In this document: in pieces, positions 23,226 to 37,152 of the stretch
Layout of the letters: every line of letters begins with the position of its first letter
How positions within the stretch are numbered: position 1 is the first letter of the stretch
NCBI GenBank assembly: GCA_902528515.1
Contig: CABZTD010000007.1
Coordinates: 4,670 to 68,669 of the forward strand
Direction: 5' to 3'
Origin: K189A clade bacterium
Lineage (GTDB): Bacteria > Pseudomonadota > Gammaproteobacteria > Pseudomonadales > Azotimanducaceae
Length of the DNA: 64,000 nt
Notes under the pieces: model-generated
Told to the model about the DNA's origin: nothing
Database searches by the model: none
Seen by the model: only the letters and a program-made list of their open reading frames with translations
Translations under genes and position numbers: made by a program

Positions 23226-24304
23226 GGCGACTGCAGCCCGGCTTCCCGCCCCATCTGCCCGCGATGCCGTAGCAAATGATCCATGAGCACCAAGGCCACC
23301 ATAGCCTCGACGATAGGGGTGGCGCGTATACCCACGCAGGGGTCATGACGGCCCTTCGTGACTACTTCGACAGGGTTACCGAAGCGGTCTATGGATTGGC
23401 CGGGATTCGTCAGACTGCTCGTAGGCTTCAAAGCCACATGCAACACAATGTCTTGACCCGAGGAAATACCGCCCAAAATGCCGCCAGCGTGATTGCTGGT
23501 AAAACCTTTTGGCGTCATCTCATCGCGATGCTCAGTGCCGCGCTGCCGGGCAACCTTCATGCCATCACCGACCTCAACACCTTTCACCGCATTGATACCC
23601 ATGAGCGCACCGGCAAGGTCGGCATCCAGCCGAGAAAATACTGGCTCTCCAAGGCCTACGGGCACGCCACTGGCCACTACCGACACCTCAGCGCCGATGG
23701 AATCGCCGTCTTTGCGGACTGCATCGATAAGCGCGGCAATCTCATCCAACATGGAAGCATCCGGACAGAAAAAGGGATTGTCATCCACAATGCTGAGGTC
23801 AACGGGCTGGGGCCGCAGCGCACCGATACCGGACAAATAACCCTGTATCGATATACCTGCGTGGGAGGCTAGATACTTTTTGGCAATAGCACCCGCCGCC
23901 ACGCGCATGGTGGTTTCGCGAGCCGAAGAGCGCCCCCCACCCCGGTAATCGCGGACACCGTACTTATGGTGGTAAGTGTAATCTGCGTGGGCGGGGCGAA
24001 ATACATCCTTGATCGCGCCGTAATCCTTGCTTTTTTGATCTACGTTGCGCACCAGCAAACCGATGGGAGTACCTGTGGTGACGCCCTCGAACACTCCCGA
24101 CAGAATTTCGACCTGATCTCTCTCGCGCCGCTGGGTGGTGTATTTGCTTTGGCCGGGCTTGCGGCGATCAAGGTCAGGCTGAAGGTCATCCTCCGACAGC
24201 GGCAATCCCGGCGGACAACCATCGACAATCGCGCCCAGAGCCAAGCCGTGGCTTTCTCCAAAGGTAGTCACGGTGAAAAGTGAACCGAAAGTATTTGCTG
24301 CCAT
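23210..24304 (-). CDS. aroC: Chorismate synthase
   Basis: [23 protein letters not shown] and GRHDPCV. Confidence 0.98.
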   Translation of the reverse strand: MAANTFGSLFTVTTFGESHGLALGAIVDGCPPGLPLSEDDLQPDLDRRKPGQSKYTTQRRERDQVEILSGVFEGVTTGTPIGLLVRNVDQKSKDYGAIKDVFRPAHADYTYHHKYGVRDYRGGGRSSARETTMRVAAGAIAKKYLASHAGISIQGYLSGIGALRPQPVDLSIVDDNPFFCPDASMLDEIAALIDAVRKDGDSIGAEVSVVASGVPVGLGEPVFSRLDADLAGALMGINAVKGVEVGDGMKVARQRGTEHRDEMTPKGFTSNHAGGILGGISSGQDIVLHVALKPTSSLTNPGQSIDRFGNPVEVVTKGRHDPCVGIRATPIVEAMVALVLMDHLLRHRGQMGREAGLQSPQSEA

Positions 24305-24471
24305 TTGGTGCTCTGCTGCTGCGCCCTGCTCTGTTTAGGCTTTTGGGGCAAGAATGGATCTGAAACCGCATTATCTGGCTTGAACGCATTAGGCATCAAG
24401 TGAAACGTAATCCGAACAATTTTGGTTCTTTGCAAAGTGAAGTGGGAAGCAGCATGGTCTGTACAGAAAAC

Positions 24472-25347
24472 TCACTTTCCAGATGCGTGTAAAAAAACAC
24501 CCTCTCCACCCTCCGATAGTTCCAACCAATGAATTGGTAAATCGGGGTATTTGCGCTGCATAGCTGGTGCGCTGGCACCAACCTCGCAGAGGAATATACC
24601 GTTCGGTTTGAGGCGCGCGGCCAGTTCCGGCAAAAACGCATCCACCAAGGCAAGCCCGTCTTCGCCTGCGGCGAGTCCTAGTTCCGGTTCGTGTCGGTAT
24701 TCCTCTGGCAGAGTTTGCATGTCCGCAGCGTCCACGTAGGGCGGGTTCGTCAGAATCAAATCCCACTGTCCGGTTTCGCCAGCAAGCCACTGGCAAGCAT
24801 CGCCTTGAATCACTTCAACGCGCTCGTCTAAGTTGTGGAGTGCCACATTCTTAATAGCGAGGGCCGCAGCTTGCGGATCGAGTTCAACTAACGTCACGCT
24901 AGACATTGGGTAGCGCTGAGCTGCCAAGATCCCCAAGCAGCCGACCCCAGCGCAGAGATCGACAATTCGGGTAATGCCCGGTGCGACCCAGGCCGACAGT
25001 GGTTCACCCAACAAATATCCAATGGGTGATCTTGGCACCATTACACCAGGTTCAACAAAAAAGCGTTGGCCCATGAATTGGCATTCGCCAAGTAGATGGG
25101 CAAGTGGCGCCCGTTCGTCTACGCGTCGACCGGCGAGAGCCTTTATGCGCTCTCTTTCATCTGGCGTTACACATAGTCCCAGAGATACTTCGTCGTCGGC
25201 GTAGCCTGTGACACTAAGTACGAGATAGACGGCTTCATCCCAGGGGTTATCGGTACCGTGACCATAGCTTAAGGTGGCGTCATCGAAGCGCTGATTGACC
25301 GCCTCGATCAGTTCCCCTACGGTTGCTTCCTCCTTACTTACTGCCAA
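24472..25347 (-). CDS. prmB: 50S ribosomal protein L3 glutamine methyltransferase
   Basis: YGHGTDNPWDEA, VPRSPI, DLCAGVG and NPPY; adjacent to aroC. Confidence 0.93.
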   Translation of the reverse strand: MAVSKEEATVGELIEAVNQRFDDATLSYGHGTDNPWDEAVYLVLSVTGYADDEVSLGLCVTPDERERIKALAGRRVDERAPLAHLLGECQFMGQRFFVEPGVMVPRSPIGYLLGEPLSAWVAPGITRIVDLCAGVGCLGILAAQRYPMSSVTLVELDPQAAALAIKNVALHNLDERVEVIQGDACQWLAGETGQWDLILTNPPYVDAADMQTLPEEYRHEPELGLAAGEDGLALVDAFLPELAARLKPNGIFLCEVGASAPAMQRKYPDLPIHWLELSEGGEGVFLHASGK

Positions 25348-26354
25348 CGGGACGGATCCGCAAATTCAACATCTGCCCCTTCGGTGTTGCCCATTAGCGT
25401 GCTGACTACATCTGGCACGCCTTTATGCTCAAAAAGTATCTGATATAGCCCGTCGACCAGGGGCATGTATACGCCTAGCTCCCGGCTTTTTGCGTAGACC
25501 AACTGCAAGGTATTCACTCCTTCCGCCAATTTGCCAAGTGATTCTGATGCCTCATCTAAGGACATTCCCTTTGCAATACAGGTTCCCAGCTGGTGATTGC
25601 GGCTAAGCGGCGATGTGCAAGTCACCATCAAATCGCCAACACCAGCGAGCCCCAGAAAGGTAAAAGGGTTACCTCCCATAGAGACCGCAAACCGGCTCAT
25701 TTCGGCGAGAGCCCGGGTGACCAGCAAACCAATGGTGTTTTGGCCTACTTCCAAGCCTGCAGCAAGGCCGCAGACGATGGCATAGATATTTTTCAACGCC
25801 CCGCCAAGTTCCACACCGTAGACATCGGCGCTGGCATAAACTCGCAGGGTATCATTGCGCATTACCTCCTGAACCAACGTCGCATCTTGTTGGTGGAGGG
25901 TGGCGATCACCGTGCCGGCGTACTGCTGCGCGGCAATTTCTTCCGCGAGATTTGGACCAGAGATTGCACCGACATGCTCGCTAGGTGTTAGGTCCCCAAG
26001 TAATTGGCTCATGAGTCGAAAACCATTAGGCTCAATACCCTTGGTCGCGCTGATCAGTACGTCGTCTGGGCTGATAAAGGGTGCCATCTCGCGACAAACC
26101 GAAGCGAAGCCGGCGCTGGGCACGGCGACAAAAATTAGACTCGATCCTTGAGTCGCGAGACCAAGATCTGCAGTGGGCGAGACAGCGGATTCCAGCGGGT
26201 GACCAGGCAAATAACGAAGGTTCTCGCCCGCCTCTAGGGTCTGGGCTACTTGCTCGGGATCACGCATCCATAGGTGTGTGGTATGGCCGTTTCGGGCGAT
26301 GATATTCGCGATGGCGGTACCGAAATTACCTCCACCTACAATGGCGACATTCAT
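25338..26354 (-). CDS. gpsA: NAD(P)H-dependent glycerol-3-phosphate dehydrogenase
   Basis: GGGNFG, SGPNLA, GGALKN and GLAGVGDLMVTC. Confidence 0.95.
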   Translation of the reverse strand: MNVAIVGGGNFGTAIANIIARNGHTTHLWMRDPEQVAQTLEAGENLRYLPGHPLESAVSPTADLGLATQGSSLIFVAVPSAGFASVCREMAPFISPDDVLISATKGIEPNGFRLMSQLLGDLTPSEHVGAISGPNLAEEIAAQQYAGTVIATLHQQDATLVQEVMRNDTLRVYASADVYGVELGGALKNIYAIVCGLAAGLEVGQNTIGLLVTRALAEMSRFAVSMGGNPFTFLGLAGVGDLMVTCTSPLSRNHQLGTCIAKGMSLDEASESLGKLAEGVNTLQLVYAKSRELGVYMPLVDGLYQILFEHKGVPDVVSTLMGNTEGADVEFADPSRWQ

Positions 26355-26417
26355 ACAAAACACCAATAGTGCAGCGAACCGCCATTGTGACGGCTTATCC
26401 TACAGATAGATACGCTA

Positions 26418-28346
26418 CTAGACCTCGTTCGCAGGCAGCAATTCCATCAATAGGCTATTCATCCTGGAAACGTAGGCAGCTGGATCTTGGAGCGTGCCTC
26501 CCTCGGCGAGGCTAGCTTGGTCGAACAATAATTCAACTAACTCGTGAAAACGGTCTTCGTCTTGCTCCGTATCTAGTCGATGCAGCAGTGGATGCTCGGC
26601 GTTAAACTCGAAGAATGGCTTTGTCTCGGGCATGGACTGACCGCTGGCCTCTAGTATTTTACGCATTTGTATCCCCATGCCGTAGTCAGAGAGCACCAAG
26701 CATGCTGGCGAGTCAGTTAGGCGTTTGGAGGGCCGCACACCTTCGACCTTTTCGCCGATCACGGCTTGAATACGCTCGGTCAGCGGATGCTCTTCAGCAT
26801 CGCTGTCCTCATCGTCTTCTTCAGACTTGGATTCACCCGGCAGCTTTACGTCACCACGCATCACGTCAACGAAGGGCACACCTTCGAATTCCGACAGCGA
26901 GCTCATCAGCCATTCGTCGATGCGATCGAACATCAGCAGTACTTCAACGCCTTTATCTTTGAAGATTTCAAGATGCGGGCTGCGGCTCGCGGTCTCATAA
27001 GTTTCGGCGCAAATGTAGTAGATGCACTCTTGGTCTTCTTTCTTGCGTTCCATGTAATCGGCAAGACTAGCGGTCTTGTCGCTGTTGCCGTTGTGAGTGG
27101 AGGCGAAGCGCAGCAACTTCATAATAGCTTCGCGATTGGCAAAATCTTCACCCGCGCCCTCTTTGAGGACCTCGCCAAACTCTTTCCAGAACGTCTGATA
27201 CTTCTCCGAATCTTTCTTGGCCATGTCTTCGAGCATGCTAAGCACACGCTTCGTGACCGCATTACGAATAGAGGTAACGCGTTCGTCTTGCTGCAAGATC
27301 TCGCGAGAGACGTTGAGTGGCAAATCGTTGGAGTCGATGACGCCCTTGACGAAACGAAGGTATAGCGGCAAAAACTGGTCTGCATCGTCCATGATGAAGA
27401 CACGCTGCACATAGAGCTTTAGACCCTTGGGCAGTTCGCGGTTGTATAAATCGAAGGGTGCTCGCTTGGGTAAATACAGCAAGCTGGTGTACTCGAATTT
27501 GCCCTCAACGCGGTTGTGACTCCAGTTCAGCGGATCCTCGAAGTCATTGGACACATGCTTATAGAACTCTCTGTATTCTTCGTCCCCTATCTCGGATCGA
27601 GACCGGGTCCAAAGTGCTTGAGCTGAGTTCACCGCTTCAAGCTCCGGCACGAACTCCTCGTCTTCCGGGGCCCCATAGCTTGGCGTAGAGAACATACGCA
27701 CCGGCACACCGATATGATCAGAGTAACGAGTCACGATATGCCGAAGGCGCGCATCCTCGGCGTATTCGGTCGCGTCTTCCTGAAGATGGAGAATTACTTG
27801 CGTACCTCGAGGAACATCCGTCGCGACATCGAGACTATAGGCGTCCTCACCGCTAGAGCGCCAACGCACCCCATCACCGCCGGCGGCGCTTTGAGTGAGT
27901 ACTTCGACCTCTTTGGCCACCATAAAGGCACTATAAAAGCCCACACCGAACTGCCCAATAAGCTGCGAATCAGACTGTTGATCGCCGGTCAGATTCGCAA
28001 GGAATTCTGCGGTACCAGATTTTGCAATGGTGCCTAGATGAGCAATAACTTCATCTCGCGTCATACCAATGCCATTGTCCGCAATCGTCAGAATGCCTGC
28101 GTCTTTGTCAAAGGTGATATCAATACAAAAGTCCGCATCGTCGCCTAACAAACTCGCGTCCTCAATAGCACGAAAGCGCAGCTTGTCGATAGCGTCAGAG
28201 GCGTTAGAAATGAGCTCGCGAAGGAAGATCTCGCGGTTTGAGTACAGCGAGTGAATCATCAGCTGTAGCAGCTGCTTCGCTTCGGTTTGAAAGTTAAGAG
28301 TTTCGGATGAACTCTCGGATTGGTTCTCGGACTGAGTATCGCTCAT
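26418..28346 (-). CDS. htpG: Chaperone HtpG (Hsp90)
   Basis: [28 protein letters not shown] and [11 protein letters not shown]. Confidence 0.98.
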   Translation of the reverse strand: MSDTQSENQSESSSETLNFQTEAKQLLQLMIHSLYSNREIFLRELISNASDAIDKLRFRAIEDASLLGDDADFCIDITFDKDAGILTIADNGIGMTRDEVIAHLGTIAKSGTAEFLANLTGDQQSDSQLIGQFGVGFYSAFMVAKEVEVLTQSAAGGDGVRWRSSGEDAYSLDVATDVPRGTQVILHLQEDATEYAEDARLRHIVTRYSDHIGVPVRMFSTPSYGAPEDEEFVPELEAVNSAQALWTRSRSEIGDEEYREFYKHVSNDFEDPLNWSHNRVEGKFEYTSLLYLPKRAPFDLYNRELPKGLKLYVQRVFIMDDADQFLPLYLRFVKGVIDSNDLPLNVSREILQQDERVTSIRNAVTKRVLSMLEDMAKKDSEKYQTFWKEFGEVLKEGAGEDFANREAIMKLLRFASTHNGNSDKTASLADYMERKKEDQECIYYICAETYETASRSPHLEIFKDKGVEVLLMFDRIDEWLMSSLSEFEGVPFVDVMRGDVKLPGESKSEEDDEDSDAEEHPLTERIQAVIGEKVEGVRPSKRLTDSPACLVLSDYGMGIQMRKILEASGQSMPETKPFFEFNAEHPLLHRLDTEQDEDRFHELVELLFDQASLAEGGTLQDPAAYVSRMNSLLMELLPANEV

Positions 28347-28447
28347 GCGGCGGTTTCCCCTAACGCTGTTACGGCCTGGATATGGGGTTCAAACCAAGAA
28401 TTTCAAGCGCCTCAGCGGCCTTGCACCCCAGAGACCTTAGCGATGGG

Positions 28448-29323
28448 TTAGCTCCAGCCGGTTACTTCCGCCAGTGCGTCACCGATTTCTGCCAAGCTGC
28501 GCACGGTACGAACACCTGCATCCTGCAACGCGGCAAACTTGTCGTCTGCGGTGCCCTTGCCGCCAGCGATAATGGCTCCTGCATGGCCCATGCGCTTGCC
28601 CGGAGGCGCGGTAACACCGGCTATGTAGCCAACAACAGGCTTTGTCACATTGGCCTTAATGTAGGCTGCCGCCTCTTCTTCGGCGTTACCGCCGATCTCT
28701 CCTACCATGACAATGGCTTCGGTGGCGGGATCTTGCTCAAACAGGGCCAGCACATCTATGAAATGACTACCGGGAATCGGGTCGCCGCCAATGCCCACGC
28801 ATGAGCTTTGACCGAAGCCACGGTCTGTCGTTTGTTTCACCGCCTCATAGGTCAAGGTGCCCGAACGCGAGACGATGCCAACTTTGCCCGGCAGATGGAT
28901 ATCGCCAGGCATGATGCCTATTTTGCACTCTCCCGGGGTGATCACGCCCGGGCAGTTTGGGCCGATCATGCGCGCACCGCTTTGTTCGAGGCGCGCTTTT
29001 ACCGCGAGCATGTCTAACGTGGGAATGCCTTCGGTAATGCAGACGATCAGCTCAATACCCGCGTTTAGCGCCTCCAGAATCGAGTCTTTACAGAAACTCG
29101 CGGGCACGTAAATGACGCTCGCGGTTGCCCCAGTGGCCGCAACAGCATCAGACACCGTATCGAAAACTGGCAGTCCAAGGTGAGTCGTACCGCCTTTTCC
29201 TGGCGTGACGCCGCCAACAAGTTGAGTACCGTAGGCCAGTGCCTGTTCACTATGCAGTGTGCCTTGTGAACCCGTGAAACCTTGGCAGACAACCTTGGTG
29301 TCTTTGTTGATCAGAATACTCAT
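28448..29323 (-). CDS. sucD: Succinyl-CoA synthetase alpha subunit
   Basis: QGFTG, GPNCPG and RMGHAGA phospho-His motif. Confidence 0.98.
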   Translation of the reverse strand: MSILINKDTKVVCQGFTGSQGTLHSEQALAYGTQLVGGVTPGKGGTTHLGLPVFDTVSDAVAATGATASVIYVPASFCKDSILEALNAGIELIVCITEGIPTLDMLAVKARLEQSGARMIGPNCPGVITPGECKIGIMPGDIHLPGKVGIVSRSGTLTYEAVKQTTDRGFGQSSCVGIGGDPIPGSHFIDVLALFEQDPATEAIVMVGEIGGNAEEEAAAYIKANVTKPVVGYIAGVTAPPGKRMGHAGAIIAGGKGTADDKFAALQDAGVRTVRSLAEIGDALAEVTGWS

Positions 29324-30489
29324 GCTTGACCTCCAGCCGCAGCTACCGCTTTTTCAACGGCGTCTACCAGCGATTCGCCGGGGATAATATTCAGGCCGCT
29401 GTATGCTAACGTCTGCCGACCTAGTGCGGAGTTGTTGCCTTCGAAACGAACGACCACAGGCACTTCAACACCCACCTCTTGCACGGCGCCGATAATGCCT
29501 TCTGCGATTGTGGCGCAGCTAACGATGCCGCCAAAAATATTAATCAGTACAGCCTTTACCGCTGAATCAGACAGTATGATCTTGAAAGCCTCAGCAACCG
29601 CCTCCTTAGTAGCGCCGCCGCCAACGTCAAGGAAGTTCGCAGGATTACCGCCATGCAGCTTAACCAGGTCCATGGTGCCCATGGCCAGACCCGCACCGTT
29701 TACCATGCAGCCAATATTGCCTTCTAGGGCGACGTAGTTGAGGCTGAATTCTGCGGCTTGAGCTTCACGCTCGTCTTCCTGACTTGGATCATTCATTTCG
29801 GCAATCGCTGGCTGGCGGTACAGTGCGTTGCCGTCGATATTGATCTTTGCGTCAAGGCAGTGAATGTCACCGCCGGTGGTAACGACGAGCGGATTGATTT
29901 CAAGCAGCGAGCAATCTGATTCCTCAAAAAGCCTTGCTAAGCCCATAAAAAGGTTCGCAAACTGACGTATCTGCTGTCCCTTTAATCCAAGCTTGAAAGC
30001 CAGCTCTCGGCCCTGATAGGGTTGTGCGCCCACTGCCGGATCAATGGTCGCTCGCAGAATTTTTTCCGGCGTTTCTTCAGCAACTTGCTCAATTTCTACG
30101 CCACCTTCTGTGGACGCCATAAACACGATGCGGCGGCTACCGCGATCGATCACCGCACTGAGGTACAGCTCACGGTCGATATCAGTGCAGCTTTCCACAT
30201 AGATTTTACTTACCGGTTGGCCGTATTCGTCGGTTTGAATGGTGACCAGATTTTTACCAATCCAGTGATTAGCAAATGCGCGAATGTCGTCAAGAGAATT
30301 CGCGAGCTTTACGCCGCCTGCCTTACCTCGTCCGCCGGCATGAACCTGCACTTTGACCACCCAGCGCTCGCCGCCAATTTTTTGTGCGGCCTCAACGGCT
30401 TCGTCGGCGGTATCTACCGCATACCCCTCAGACACAGGCAAGCCATACTGTGCGAACAGGCTTTTAGCCTGATACTCGTGTAGGTTCAT
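29320..30489 (-). CDS. sucC: Succinyl-CoA synthetase beta subunit
   Basis: [25 protein letters not shown] and NFLDVGGGA. Confidence 0.98.
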   Translation of the reverse strand: MNLHEYQAKSLFAQYGLPVSEGYAVDTADEAVEAAQKIGGERWVVKVQVHAGGRGKAGGVKLANSLDDIRAFANHWIGKNLVTIQTDEYGQPVSKIYVESCTDIDRELYLSAVIDRGSRRIVFMASTEGGVEIEQVAEETPEKILRATIDPAVGAQPYQGRELAFKLGLKGQQIRQFANLFMGLARLFEESDCSLLEINPLVVTTGGDIHCLDAKINIDGNALYRQPAIAEMNDPSQEDEREAQAAEFSLNYVALEGNIGCMVNGAGLAMGTMDLVKLHGGNPANFLDVGGGATKEAVAEAFKIILSDSAVKAVLINIFGGIVSCATIAEGIIGAVQEVGVEVPVVVRFEGNNSALGRQTLAYSGLNIIPGESLVDAVEKAVAAAGGQA

Positions 30490-30546
30490 GGCGCGTTTTC
30501 TCTCCCTTTGATCACATCAAAGAATGATGCGTTTGAATATGTTTTA

Positions 30547-31995
<1,449 letters not shown>

Positions 31996-33264
31996 TTACA
32001 GTTCCAACAATATTCGCGCTGGGTCTTCCAGCATGCCTTTGATCGCCACCAAAAACTGTACCGCTTCGCGCCCGTCGATCAATCTGTGATCGTAAGATAG
32101 GGCCAGGTACATCATTGGCCGAATCACAATTTCACCATCAACCACGACCGCACGCTCTTGAATGTTGTGCATGCCCAGCACACCAGTCTGCGGGGGGTTC
32201 AAAATCGGCGTCGACATCATCGAGCCGAAAATGCCGCCGTTAGAGATGGTAAACGTTCCGCCGGCCATGTCTTCCAGCCCGAGTTTACCGGATCGAGCTT
32301 TCTCTCCGTAGGCCATGATCTGATCTTCAATTTGCGCGAGCCCCAGGGCGTCCGCATCGCGGACTACCGGCACCACCAGTCCACGATCTGTGGAGACGGC
32401 GACGCCGATATCATAGTAGCCGTGATAAACAATATCGTTACCGTCTATGCTGGCGTTCACTGAAGGAAAACGCTTGAGCGCTTCGGTTGCCGCGCGAACA
32501 AAGAACGACATAAAGCCAAGTTTGGTGCCGTTGTGCGCCGCCTGAAATTCGGTTTGATAGCGTTTGCGCAGCTGCATAATGGCCTGCATATCGACCTCGT
32601 TAAACGTGGTCAGCATAGCGGCGTTTTGCTGGGCCTCGACCAAGCGCTTGGCCACACTAGCTCGCAGGCGTGTCATGGGTACTCGGCGCTCAACACGCTC
32701 GTCGTCGCTGCCAGCAAACATGGTGCCTGGCGGCGGCGCGGATAGCGTCTGTGCTGGAGGCTCTGCAATAGGCACTGGGGTCTCGATCGGGGCAGGATCC
32801 TCGGCTGCAGGGCCGGAGCCCAAGGCTTTGGCCACATCTTCCTTTGTAATACGACCATCCCTACCACTGCCAGTCAGGCCAGTCAGATTCAGCCCAGATT
32901 CCGCGGCCATTTTCTTCGCGGCAGGGCTGGCGAACCGATCACCATCGGCGCTCGCTTCAGGTGTCGCCGCTACATCAGCTTGCACGGAGACAGTGGGCGC
33001 CTCGGCTGCATCGTTGCTTGGTGCCGCTGAGGCGCCAGGCTCAAACTGAGCAATGGGTTCCTCTGATAACACCGTGTCGCCCTCCTGCTTGAGGATCGTA
33101 GTCAGCACGCCGTCTTCTGGGGCGAACACTTCAATCACCACCTTGTCGGTCTCAATATCTACCAACAATGTGTCGCGGGTGACAAACTCGCCAGGCTGAT
33201 GATGCCAGGTGGCGACACTGCCATCCGCGATCGACTCGGGGAAAATAGGTGCATTAATTTCCAT
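31996..33264 (-). CDS. sucB: 2-oxoglutarate dehydrogenase E2 (dihydrolipoyllysine succinyltransferase)
   Basis: Lipoyl domain IETDKV, E3-binding domain, SYDHRLIDG. Confidence 0.97.
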   Translation of the reverse strand: MEINAPIFPESIADGSVATWHHQPGEFVTRDTLLVDIETDKVVIEVFAPEDGVLTTILKQEGDTVLSEEPIAQFEPGASAAPSNDAAEAPTVSVQADVAATPEASADGDRFASPAAKKMAAESGLNLTGLTGSGRDGRITKEDVAKALGSGPAAEDPAPIETPVPIAEPPAQTLSAPPPGTMFAGSDDERVERRVPMTRLRASVAKRLVEAQQNAAMLTTFNEVDMQAIMQLRKRYQTEFQAAHNGTKLGFMSFFVRAATEALKRFPSVNASIDGNDIVYHGYYDIGVAVSTDRGLVVPVVRDADALGLAQIEDQIMAYGEKARSGKLGLEDMAGGTFTISNGGIFGSMMSTPILNPPQTGVLGMHNIQERAVVVDGEIVIRPMMYLALSYDHRLIDGREAVQFLVAIKGMLEDPARILLEL

Positions 33265-33266
33265 AA

Positions 33267-36134
33267 TTAGTGTCCGTTCTCCAGTTCTACGCTTGGCTCT
33301 TCGGTGAGAGCGGCTCTTACCAATTGCTGTTGTTGTTCGAGGTGCACGCTGGCATAACCCACGGCTGGAGCCGCGAAAGCCTCTCTGCCTGCGTAGTGCA
33401 GGGTGACTTTTTTTCTTGCCATGCGGTTTATCACTCGGCGCAGGCGGTATTGAATCGAAAACCACGCGCCCTGATTAATGGGTTCTTCTTGGCACCAGAC
33501 GATGTTTTCGACTTTGTCGAACGGGGCCATTGCAGCGAGTAATTCATCGTCAGGAAATGGATAGAGTTGTTCAATCCGAATGATCGCCACATCGTCTAGC
33601 CCCTGCTCGGCTCTGGCTTCCCACAGATCGAAGTAAACCTTGCCGCTACAAAGGACAATGCGCTTCACTTTTTTCCTTTGCGAATCTTCGGTTTCACCAA
33701 TGACCAATTGAAAGTGGCCGTCGCAGAGCTCATCTACCGTTGATACCGCGAGCTTGTGTCGCAGCAAACTCTTCGGCGTCATCGCGATCAAAGGCTTGCG
33801 CGTCGGACGAATAGCCTGGCGGCGCAGCATGTGAAATACCTGGGCCGGTGTTGACGGCACACAAATTTGCATGTTTCGCTCGGCGCAAAGCTGCAAAAAC
33901 CGCTCGAGACGAGCTGAGGAGTGTTCAGGGCCTGCCCCTTCAAATCCATGCGGTAACAGCATGGTCAGACCGCAGAGCCTTGCCCACTTCGTCTCGCCAG
34001 AACTGATGAACTGATCGATTACCACCTGGGCACCGTTGGCGAAGTCACCAAACTGGGCCTCCCATACCACCAGAGTATTGGGGGCCGTGGTCGCATAGCC
34101 GTATTCAAAGGCCAGAACAGCCTCTTCGGACAGCAGAGAGTCGTAAAGATCGAAGGTGATGTCCTCTCTGAGCAGGTTCAGCGGGATCAGTCGCGAACCA
34201 TCTTTTTGGTTGTGCAGAGCAGCATGACGATGCGAGAAGGTACCAACGCCAACATCTTGGCCTGTGAGCCGAACCGGATACCCCTGCTGAACAAGCGTCG
34301 CGTAGGCCATCACTTCAGCCATACCCCAGTTAACGGGCATAGCGCCAGCAGCCATGCGATGTCGGTCTTCAAGAATCTTCGTCACCTGACGATGCAGCAC
34401 GAAGCCATCTGGAACAGCTTCCATGCGCGCCGATAGCTCTTGGAATACCGCGTTGTCAAAACTGGTGTCTGCCGGTGCATCTAGGCTAGAACCGATGTAA
34501 GGCGTCCAATCCACAAAGAGCTCTGAGTGGGGTTCGTGCACCATTTCTAGCGCCACACTTTCGCCATCCTCTAACTTAGACCGATATTGCTCGGTCATGG
34601 ACTCAACTGTATCCGCCTGCACGGCACCCTCTTGCACCACCTTTTCGCCGTAGCGCGCGCAGACGGTGTTTTGGGTCCGAATCTTCTGATACATCAGGGG
34701 CTGGGTCTTCGCAGGCTCCTCGGCTTCGTTGTGCCCGCGTCGCCGATAACATACGAGATCGATTACTACATCCTTACGGAACTCCATCCGATAGTCCGCA
34801 GCAAGCTGGGTCGCAAAAATTACCGCCTCAGGATCATCCCCATTGATATGGAAGATGGGCGCCTGAATCATCTTCGCAACTTCCGTGCAGTACTCGGTTG
34901 AGCGCGCATCAATTTGTTTATGGGTAGTAAAGCCTATTTGGTTATTGACGATGATGTGCACACTGCCGCCGGTCTTGAAACCGCGGGTCTGCGACATCTG
35001 AAAGGTTTCCATCACCACACCCTGCCCAGCAAAGGCGGCATCACCATGGATGATGATCGGTGCCACCAGGTCACCAGCGTAGTCCTTGCGACGATCCTGT
35101 CTGGCCCGCACGGAACCTTCCGCCACTGGAGCGACAATTTCGAGGTGAGACGGGTTGAAGGACAAAGCCAGATGCATCTCTCCGCCCGGCGTCATCATGT
35201 TCGAGGAAAAACCCTGGTGATATTTCACGTCACCAGAGCCGCTCTCGCTCTGCACTCGACCATCAAATTCGTCAAACAACTCGCCGGGGTTCTTGCCCAG
35301 AACATTAACTAACACGTTGAGTCTGCCTCGGTGAGCCATGGCAATAACCGACTCACGAATACCATGAGTGCCCAGGCGCTGCAGCAGTTCGTGAAGCATG
35401 GGAATAAGGCTTTCACCTCCCTCCAAACCAAACCGTTTCGTGCCCGGGTAACGACGGTGTAAATACTTTTCAAGTCCCTCTGCGGCGATCAGACGCTCCA
35501 GTATCCGCTGCTTTAAACCTGCATCGAACTGAGGCTTACCACGGGCGCTTTCGAGCCGCTGCTGCACCCATAGCTGCTCCCGTGCATCAACAATATGCAT
35601 GTACTCCGCGCCAATAGAACCGCAGTAAGTGCTCTCTAAGGCATCAATGAGATCCCTTAGCTTGGCTGCTCCGTCGCCATAGTGAAAAGTTCCGGTTTGA
35701 TAGGTTTCGTCCAGATTTGCTGGTGAAAGACCGTGATAGGACAGGTCGAGGACCGGCATCTGAGGGCGTTCCATCATGCCTAGCGGATCAATATCTGCAC
35801 GCTTATGTCCTCGGTACCGGTAGGCCGACACGAGGTCTTGTACGCGCATCTGCTGGGTTTCGTGGGCGCTGGAAATCTCTGTGGCAACTTTTTCGGGTCG
35901 CGCCTTCAGCCGGTTGCGGCCTAGGCGCTCGAAGTGCTGAACCACCTGGGAGCGCGGAGTATCGGGACCGATGGCGCTTTCGACGGTTGGCAGTGTGTCA
36001 AAGTAGCTTCGCCACGCCTCAGGAACATTGCTTGGATCTGCTAGGTATTCTTCATAGAGTGCCTCTATGTAGGCAGCGTTTTGTCCACCCAAATGTGAAC
36101 TACGCAGCATGCGCTGCATAAATCCTTCGGTCAC
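33267..36134 (-). CDS. sucA: 2-oxoglutarate dehydrogenase E1
   Basis: [27 protein letters not shown] and WEAQFGDF. Confidence 0.98.
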   Translation of the reverse strand: MTEGFMQRMLRSSHLGGQNAAYIEALYEEYLADPSNVPEAWRSYFDTLPTVESAIGPDTPRSQVVQHFERLGRNRLKARPEKVATEISSAHETQQMRVQDLVSAYRYRGHKRADIDPLGMMERPQMPVLDLSYHGLSPANLDETYQTGTFHYGDGAAKLRDLIDALESTYCGSIGAEYMHIVDAREQLWVQQRLESARGKPQFDAGLKQRILERLIAAEGLEKYLHRRYPGTKRFGLEGGESLIPMLHELLQRLGTHGIRESVIAMAHRGRLNVLVNVLGKNPGELFDEFDGRVQSESGSGDVKYHQGFSSNMMTPGGEMHLALSFNPSHLEIVAPVAEGSVRARQDRRKDYAGDLVAPIIIHGDAAFAGQGVVMETFQMSQTRGFKTGGSVHIIVNNQIGFTTHKQIDARSTEYCTEVAKMIQAPIFHINGDDPEAVIFATQLAADYRMEFRKDVVIDLVCYRRRGHNEAEEPAKTQPLMYQKIRTQNTVCARYGEKVVQEGAVQADTVESMTEQYRSKLEDGESVALEMVHEPHSELFVDWTPYIGSSLDAPADTSFDNAVFQELSARMEAVPDGFVLHRQVTKILEDRHRMAAGAMPVNWGMAEVMAYATLVQQGYPVRLTGQDVGVGTFSHRHAALHNQKDGSRLIPLNLLREDITFDLYDSLLSEEAVLAFEYGYATTAPNTLVVWEAQFGDFANGAQVVIDQFISSGETKWARLCGLTMLLPHGFEGAGPEHSSARLERFLQLCAERNMQICVPSTPAQVFHMLRRQAIRPTRKPLIAMTPKSLLRHKLAVSTVDELCDGHFQLVIGETEDSQRKKVKRIVLCSGKVYFDLWEARAEQGLDDVAIIRIEQLYPFPDDELLAAMAPFDKVENIVWCQEEPINQGAWFSIQYRLRRVINRMARKKVTLHYAGREAFAAPAVGYASVHLEQQQQLVRAALTEEPSVELENGH

Positions 36135-36353
36135 TGTCTTCCTCTCTTACTCACTCATTACGCCATGCCGACGCAAACAAGGATTCAAAAAAAACCTGGG
36201 CAGCGATGGAGTTACTGGGATTTTCTGGCGCTAGCAGGTTCGATAACCGCTTGAAATGTCCACGAATTCTGCACACGTTTAGTATGGGAGGATTCTCGAC
36301 TTTCTAGACTGACTTGCCAAGGAATTTGCACGAATTTTAGACACTATTTTCAC

Positions 36354-36376
36354 AAAAAAGGCCGCAGAGCGGCCTT
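36354..36376 (-). terminator. Intrinsic terminator after sdhB
   Basis: AAGGCCGC-AGA-GCGGCCTT hairpin followed by a U-run on the minus strand. Confidence 0.7.
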
Positions 36377-36416
36377 AAAGGTTTTAACACGGCCTTTGTA
36401 GAGGCCCAGAGGCATT

Positions 36417-37121
36417 TTAGGTGCCTTGCTGCATCAGCATCGTTCGAATCTTGCCGATGGCCCGCGTAGGGTTAAGTCCTTTCGGGCACACGTTAACGCA
36501 ATTCATGATACCCCGGCAGCGGAAAACGCTGAACGGATCATCTAAATTCGCTAAGCGCTCTTCTGTTGCCGTATCACGGGAGTCCGCTAGAAATCGATAA
36601 GCCTGGAGCAGACCTGCTGGTCCTATAAACTTATCAGGGTTCCACCAGAAAGACGGGCAGGATGTCGAGCAGCAGGCGCAGAGGATGCATTCATACAGTC
36701 CGTCTAGCTTTTCGCGTTCCTCCGGGCTTTGCAGGCGCTCCTGAACTGGTGGTGCTTCCCTGTTAACAAGATAGGGCTGAACCTTGGCGTACTGTTTATA
36801 GAACTGACTCATGTCCACTACAAGGTCACGCACAACAGGCAGGCCGGGTAGAGGTCGCAGCACCAGTTTGTTGCGCTTGATCACCTGGGACACAGGTGTG
36901 ATACAGGCAAGACCATTTTTGCCGTTCATGTTTATGCCATCTGAGCCGCACACTCCCTCGCGGCAGCTACGACGGAAACTCAAAGTAGGATCCTCATCCT
37001 TCATGAGGTGGAGGACGTCTAGCACCATGAGGTCTTTGCCTTCTGGCAAATCGACCTGCACGTCTCGCATGACGGGCACTTCATCAAGGTCTGGGTTGTA
37101 GCGATAAACACTTACTTGCAT
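36417..37121 (-). CDS. sdhB: Succinate dehydrogenase iron-sulfur subunit
   Basis: SCREGVCGSD, CILCACCSTSCP and CRGIMNCVNVCP. Confidence 0.98.
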   Translation of the reverse strand: MQVSVYRYNPDLDEVPVMRDVQVDLPEGKDLMVLDVLHLMKDEDPTLSFRRSCREGVCGSDGINMNGKNGLACITPVSQVIKRNKLVLRPLPGLPVVRDLVVDMSQFYKQYAKVQPYLVNREAPPVQERLQSPEEREKLDGLYECILCACCSTSCPSFWWNPDKFIGPAGLLQAYRFLADSRDTATEERLANLDDPFSVFRCRGIMNCVNVCPKGLNPTRAIGKIRTMLMQQGT

Positions 37122-37152
37122 TGCAATGCACCTAAATTAGTAATTCTACGGC